A stretch of DNA of 64,000 nt from Macrostomum lignano (lineage: Eukaryota). The translations under genes and the position numbers were made by a program. Of this stretch, positions 57,476 through 64,000 are shown piece by piece. The stretch's first letter is position 1, and the number at the start of each line of letters is the position of its first letter. The stretch covers positions 39,703-103,702 of the forward strand of contig NIVC01003333.1 in the NCBI GenBank assembly GCA_002269645.1. Reading direction: 5' to 3'. The notes below the pieces were generated by a model. The model had not been told where the DNA came from, did no database searches, and was given only the letters and a program-made list of their open reading frames with translations.

Positions 57476-59386
57476 GTGGTAGTTTCAGCAATTGCAACTT
57501 CAAATTCGGTGATCAGTGAGTACTGATGAGTACTGAGTGAGTTACTGAGTTTTCGAGTTACTACTAGAGCGCTGACTACTAGACAAAGAGCTCGTTAAAA
57601 AATGTTCAACTATTTGCTACGCTTGCTTTTCGTAAAATATAAAGTTTTTGTTGTTGCATTCTTGCACCCTGATGTCATTTGTCTATGGTAAAATCTCCAT
57701 TATTTTGACTCACTTGTTGGCTAGACTATATGATAATGAAAAAAATCTATTTACAGTGCACAGCGATTAAAAATAACAGAATACTGAAGTTTACAGATAT
57801 TTGGACAACCGTCAAACTCACTGGGTATGAAGGAAAAATGTCTATGGCGAAAAATGATTGCTGATTCACTGGATTGCACTGGAAATTCATGCTGATATTT
57901 ATTCCAAAAATAAATCGAATATACGCCAAGGTTTGCACAGACGAGTGCAAGTAGGACATTCACCATGTCGTGAAAGTATGACTGAATCGAGATGATTTGG
58001 AAGCGATGGCGAACTCCATTCGGCGAAAGCTAGGATTTTCATAAGGTAGTCGTAAGGTTACGTTACTTATAGCTGTAAAAGTCATTATCTAGAGAGAAGT
58101 TTAAGCCAACGCAGGTTGAAACCACCGTCGAGAGTCGAGGGTTGTGGATACCACAATCAGCAGGAATCCAGCACATGCAAGCGCACGGATACTGCGCGCA
58201 GGCATACACAGCACACACTCCTACACACACTCACACAGGCTGTACAGAGGCCCTGACTTCTTACTGTCAGACATTGCATGCACACTCTGTGCATTGGGGC
58301 TGGCCCTCATGTGTGTGCCTCCCTTGACAACCCCGGCCAATTTCCATGCCCTACAGGAATGGGAACGCGCACTGAATCGAACCAGAGGTCGTGGAGCATT
58401 GATTTTACGCTTGCTATTGCAAAGCACCGGCTCACACAGGTGGGTCTCAAATTGGCTCAACTGCATCAAAAAAGAACTTTAAGAAGAGGTTCTTGTGATG
58501 AAAAAAAGCTCTTTAGTATTCGACAACGAATCACGCGAGAAAATAGCTGCCCGAACTGGGGCCCGCAATGAGAACCGAGAGAAGAGGCAGTAGTACAATG
58601 GCTATGCCTACTTCAGACTCGTACTTCAATGACGTCAATGGATGGTTAGCCGTCCGACTGCTGCAGGTGGCCTCATCAAGCCAGTACGCTGAAGTGGTAA
58701 CGATGTAGTGTGCTGAGGTTACTTGCTAGCTGAGCCTAGCGGCACTTTAGTAAGCTAGTCCAATCTCATATGCTTGCGGAATGGGGGCGAGACTATGGAC
58801 TACAGTATAGAGCCAGCCTGTCTTTCACGCAGCTTGCTGCCGCCTCATTGTCAGCTTATGCCCCAGGCAAGCAATCCTTGTGGTACCACCAGCCTTTTAT
58901 TACTTTTTTAAGCCCATCGTCTTGTGTATTCCGTCGCCTGTCTTCAGCCTCGGTTTCTCTGCGAATTCTCTTAACTCATCCCCCATTTGTGTTTTTCTTC
59001 TCTGGAGCATTTCTTCATTTCTGTGGGGTATTTGAATCTGTTTGTTTGCTCCGTAAGTAGTCAGGTGATCTGAGTGGGTGTGTTGAGGGTCTGCCAGCCA
59101 GCCATTTCTTTTGCTAGCAGTTTGTCTATTCCAGCTACTGACTAGCTTGCGTCATTTCAGCTAATGTTTCACACTGGTTTAACTGGTTTAGAGTGCGTGC
59201 TGCGTGTTATGCTAATTTTCAATTCTGAAAGAACATGGTGAGCCACTTGTTGAGAAAGCGGCTTGGTACTTCACTGGTGGGAGCTCGATCGCTGCGCCAA
59301 ACGAATGCTTATTCAATTAGAAATTTCGCACAAAGCTGAGCTAGTAATTTTTCGCCCAGAATAATTTATAAACTAAACTCACCGAT

Positions 59387-61712
59387 TCAAACATAAACAA
59401 TGGTGGTGTCAGTTGGCACACTCTTCAGCTCCTCCAGCTCGCTGCCGTCATCCAGTTTCACTGACTGTCTTCTGTAGCGCCAGAAAAGACAGCACAGACG
59501 GATGGAAGCTGGAAAAATCAGCACAAAAATTAGGCACAGGCTTGGAAGCATCCATTGCTTGTCCATTGCTGCTTGAGTAGTCCAAGCTCCATCAGCGTCT
59601 TCTGTCGGAGCCAGTGTAACAATTGTTTCTTTTGCAATGCTTTGTTGTTCCTTGACCGTGTATTCTGCAGTTGGTGCTTGTGTGGCAGCCACAGCCGTTG
59701 CAGTTCCCGCCTGGCACCGGGTCTGCTGCGAATCTGGCAGTTGCACCAGCCGATGCCGCCAATCGCACAGACACTCCGCTCCGCTGCTGTTGTGCCACAC
59801 TGGCAGGCAGATCTGATCGCACGCGCACGAGGCCAGTGGCGCTGATCTGTCTGACTCTTCAGTCATGTTAAATGACACTGCGGCGAACATTGTCACCACC
59901 AGTCCAGGAAATTCGACAAAAGAGAGGCTACTAATGTCGGTGGGGCCTGACGAAGTTGGAAGCTTGCGTACGGACCAGACAGCATCAGCTGCAATCGCCG
60001 CCAGGTACAACCCGCTGTCTTCGACAACGAGGCGAGCGGTTTCAATGCCCGGATGTCTGTCCGGCCAGGCGAAATGCTGCCTCACGTCGCCACCGTCTTC
60101 CAGGCGGATGCTGAAAACCCCCATCCGTCCGGCGTCGGTCCAGTAGAGGCGATGAGGCCGCCTGATTGAATCGAAGACAAAGCGGACCGGCCTCCCAACC
60201 AGCTCGGAACCCAGCAGCAGTCGCAACTCGCGACCATCCATGCTCAGCCGATAAATTCCAGGTGAAGGGCCGCAGGAGAGGGCTAAAAATAGAAAGGCGG
60301 CCTCCGGATGAACCAGCAGACCGCGCGGACAGTCGAGCAACCGCAGGGTGGCCCGCCAGCCCGCATCGACCGCAATGACCCCCACGGATTCGTCGATTGC
60401 TGAGGTGTAGAACAGAAGTCGGCGCGTAGAGTCATAAGCAGATTCAAAGATTTCGAGTCCGTTGCCAAGGTTGACATTCAGGACCTCCTGGGTAAAGCTG
60501 AGTTTTTCGGAGGCTATGAGCCAACTGATGCTTCTCAAGTGGCCCAAGCGCTCATCGAACAGAAAGGCTCGACCCGTGGATTCGTCGATGGCTAGCATCG
60601 TCCCGGTAAAATTGGAGGACCGTTTAGTGCTAATAGAGAGATTTTTTCCGTTTGGTGAGGCAATGAGATACAGAGACTGTTGTCCAGATGTTCTGTCGAT
60701 CGTGGCCACAGCAATTCGAGCTGCTGAATTGGGCTGCTCTTCAGCTGTACTTTTGCGATCAGATACTGTAGTCGACTCAGGCTGTTTCGTTGGCTTTGCA
60801 GTCTTAATTATGCTGCTGTCATCGTCATTGAAGGCGTCCGGACAGTCTCGCTCGTCTGAGCCATCAGCGCAGTCAGCGAAACCGTCGCAAAGATGCTCAA
60901 GGCTGGAGCATTCGGCCGAGCTGTTAGCAGAGACAGGTTCGCCGGTGGGGCAGTCGGTCTCATCCGAGCGATCGTCCAGACCCGGCCGTCGGCAATCGTA
61001 GAAGCCGTCGCAGCGCCGCGTCGCGGGCAAGCAGTGGCCAGGCGATCGGCAGGCAAAGAGGCCTGGTGGACAAGGCGCCCGATACTGGCACAGCTGCGGG
61101 GATTCGTCATCGCCCAGTGGGCAGTGGAGCCTGCCGTCGCAGAGAAGATGGTCGGCCAGACAGATCGACTGCTGAGGAGGTCGGTCGGGGCGACTCTCGC
61201 ACTGGAATAATCCCGCGGAGCAGTTCCTCCCTGTAGATTCGATGCCAGAAAGGTGAAGCAGTTAGCGATGAGAAGCGACGAATCCTTCAGTTAAAGAAAG
61301 AAAACTACTCGAAAGCTCACGTGAGTGCAGACAGTTGAGCAGCGCATCGTTGGCGCAGTGGATTTTGCAGCGCAATGCCACGGAAAGGCAGCTGATCGCG
61401 CCGGTGTCGATATCGACGCACGGGAAAAAGCCAGTGCTCAGCTTGCAGTAGGGCGGCAAGTCTGGGGATGGTCGGTCATTAAAATTGCAGCTAGTAGCAG
61501 CTGGAAACATTAGAACTATTAGATAATTAACGTTACACACAACTCCTCTTACCTTTGAATTCAGACTCACTCAGTGAAAAAGTTGGCACCTGAACTGCGC
61601 CGACACGCGAACTCAGTCTGGGTGACGTCATCAATGCAGACAGTACAAAGCTGATTGGCAAAATTCTGAAGATAGTTTTAGTGAAGAAAGCATGGCTGCT
61701 TCTACAAGCCAT
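59387..61712 (-). CDS. LDL-receptor-family type I membrane protein, ~727 aa. Exons 61712-61553, 61500-61321, 61230-59387
   Basis: N-terminal hydrophobic leader; LDLa repeats (CDGRLHCPLGDDE, CDGFYDC..SDETDC, CDGFADCADGSDERDC); YWTD propeller (FYTS, LYWTDAG); EGF module; Thr/Ala stalk; TM helix; short tail ending IVYV. Phase-1 GT-AG introns join in frame (2184 nt). Confidence 0.85.
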
Positions 61713-62215
61713 ATATGCTCACAGATTTCTTGTTGTTTTCACTTCAGCTTCGCCGAAATATACCGAATGAGTGAATGGCATTCATTCGTCACTGTCGACT
61801 GCAAAACTCTGTCGGAGTGACTCTCGCGCTCTCTCTGTGCGTTAAATATTTGGGGCTTGAGGCCGAAACTTCACATGGACGCGGGGGATGTACGAGTATC
61901 TAGCCGCAGGTGCAGCTCAACCGCTAACTGAATTTGGTTGGTCGAGAAAACTTTTTTTACTTTTAAAGTTTAAAAAATTTTAAAAACTTTTAGCGCGTAC
62001 TACTGCTAGAAGTAGTCATTGGGCTGGCTACGACATCTTCATAGTTTGTCATTACTGCATGAAAGTTCGTGTCTTGACCGATGAAACCTGTCTCTCGGAT
62101 TCTAGTTGGGTTGTTTTTCAAATGAAAGCAAATAAATATTATTTGGTTGGGCCGAATCGCACGCGTGACATTGGGGCGCGCTGAGTTTTGCTGGCGCTTC
62201 AAGCTTTTTTGATCC

Positions 62216-62616
62216 AGCTATCAAGCTATCAAGCTATCAAGCTATCAAGCTATCAAGCTATCAAGCTATCAAGCTATCAAGCTATCAAGCTATCAAGCTA
62301 TCAAGCTATCAAGCTATCAAGCTATCAAGCTATCAAGCTATCAAGCTATCAAGCTATCAAGCTATCAAGCTATCAAGCTATCAAGCTATCAAGCTATCAA
62401 GCTATCAAGCTATCAAGCTATCAAGCTATCAAGCTATCAAGCTATCAAGCTATCAAGCTATCAAGCTATCAAGCTATCAAGCTATCAAGCTATCAAGCTA
62501 TCAAGCTATCAAGCTATCAAGCTATCAAGCTATCAAGCTATCAAGCTATCAAGCTATCAAGCTATCAAGCTATCAAGCTATCAAGCTATCAAGCTATCAA
62601 GCTATCAAGCTATCAA
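62216..62616. repeat. 8-bp perfect microsatellite (TCAAGCTA)n, ~50 copies
   Basis: Uninterrupted 8-mer array. Confidence 0.98.
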
Positions 62617-63341
62617 GGAGTCAGGGAGTCAAGCAGTCAAGGCTGTTTCAGTGACCGCTGAACGGTCTCGACGCTGGTCTTTGCATCTGATTTCTGTTGG
62701 CTCATTTTGTAGCGCATGTCATTAAACATGCTATATTCAAAATACGCCTCACTTAAATATAAGCCTGACCCATTTTAACAAAACAACAAGACGGTGGCTC
62801 ACATTGAAGCGGGATACTACAGTATGCGGCTCAATAGTAAACCACAAGCATTATTCTCGCTCTGATCTTCAATTCTGTCTGCCCGAGCTTCTCTCACTGC
62901 TTTCCCTGCGCAGTCGCACAATGAACTTCACCCTGAGCACGTTCGAAGCGCAGCTCTGCCCCGACTGAGGACGGCTAACTTGAGCCTCGCCCCAGTGACC
63001 ACACGGCTGTGCGCGACCGAAGGGCATTTTCAGAAGCAGGGCATTAAACTGCTTTGCTCTTTCTTTGCATTTACTCTTGAGGCAGGCATTGTCAAGCGAT
63101 TGTTGTCCAGCGCCCAACCTCGCCGCCCATAATTCCTTGCGCTGGCACTCAAGGCGTACGCAGGAGCAATTATTGTTCGTCTCCGACCAACTCAAACAGA
63201 GCGGAGGCCAATGGAAACGGGGAAAGGAAACGCAGGTTGAGCCTTCGCCACTCAAAAGCTCAATATATATTTCTTTCTCAACAGAAATGCTTCACTTTTT
63301 TATTTCAAAAATTTAAGCACAGCTCTCTTTGAGTCTTCAGG

Positions 63342-63940
63342 ATGCAATCTGTTGCAGCAATCGGGCAGACAGGCTCTCCTGCTGCCTGCTTCTGTTTTGC
63401 CTGCAGGCAAGCGCAGGCCGTCTACTACTACTACTACTACTACCGCTCCTACCGCTACACCTACAGCAGCAGAATCTACATCGGTTACTACTATACTGGC
63501 ACTGTCATCTCCGTTGGCGCATCATCGGCGCCGTGGTCGGCGCGCTCACCTTCATCGGCCTGGTGGTCGGCCTCATCGTCTTCCTGTGCTGCCTGCGCAA
63601 GCGGCGCGCGCGGCCAGCGGCGGTGTGGTTAGGGCGCCGCCCCCGGTGCCCATGACAGTCGGCGGGCCGGCCGCCATCTCTACGGTGTCGCCGCCAGGCG
63701 GATATCCGGCCGCGCCCGCCGGCGGCCAGCCGTCCGACAACCCCAAGCAGGACGGCTATCCGGCGTGTCGCCACCGCCGCCCTACGAGGGCTCCGGGCCG
63801 GCCATGGGCTACTCGAACGGGCCGCTGATTACCAAGGCAACGCGAACTACGGCTACCAGAACGGGCAGCAGGCGCCGTACCCGACAACCGCCCGACTCGC
63901 AGATGCCGCGCCGCTGCCGCTGAGCAGCAGAGGTACTAGG
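63342..63940 (+). CDS. Tyr-rich single-pass membrane protein with Pro-rich PPxY tail (CYYR1/Shisa-like); broken by several frameshifts
   Basis: ATG right after acceptor TCTTCAG|G; YYYYYYYRSYRYTYSSRIYIGYYYTG; TM IIGAVVGALTFIGLVVGLIVFLCCLRKRR; PPPVPM..PPGGYP..PPPPYEG..NYGYQNG. The pieces lie in different frames. Confidence 0.6.
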
Positions 63941-64000
63941 CTGTGCTGGGCGACTCGAATGGCTTATTTTACGAGCTAATACTCTATGAAAATGAAAGCA

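Noticed and set aside
58144-58571. ORFs with CTLC and a weak LINE 3'-like look
   Set aside because: No complete CCHC motif, tail or TSD found
61624-61631. Perfect CRE TGACGTCA
   Set aside because: Lies within predicted coding exon 1 of the LDLR-like gene; a single 8-mer is expected by chance at this scale
62188-62661. (QAIKLSSY)n ORF
   Set aside because: 8-bp microsatellite
62869-63255. 128-aa minus-strand ORF with several Cys
   Set aside because: GTG/TTG-type start, no recognisable domain or splice context; may be chance

Overview
Eukaryotic (invertebrate animal) genomic DNA: spliceosomal GT-AG introns, metazoan gene families and dense repeats. The style would fit a free-living flatworm such as Macrostomum, but that cannot be shown from this window. 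(1) 1-27.4 kb is a composite tandem array holding six copies of an intronless gene for an identical 49-aa secreted six-cysteine peptide (TATA box, signal peptide, AATAAA). The copies sit among 15-, 22-, 42- and 46-bp satellites. Three units carry a 2.4-2.6 kb TIR element inserted exactly between AAA and TTT with no target-site duplication (four empty AAATTT sites lie in the same window), which is the Spy/PHIS signature. The element's interior holds decayed DDE-C-terminal/SWIM and USP (peptidase C19) coding remnants. (2) 28.7-32.7 kb is a 4-exon SNX17-like gene. (3) 33-52 kb is a transposon graveyard: hAT with a nested LINE and a probable excision footprint, a fold-back mariner, a Penelope RT fragment, a 6.6-kb EnSpm-like element and MITEs. 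(4) 52.6-64 kb holds CIMIP2C/FAM166C, a Jun-family bZIP with MEF2 sites in its promoter, an LDL-receptor-family gene and a Tyr-rich PPxY membrane-protein gene. Several otherwise intact genes have small frameshifts, suggesting consensus indel errors. All family assignments come from visual motif recognition; no database search was run.
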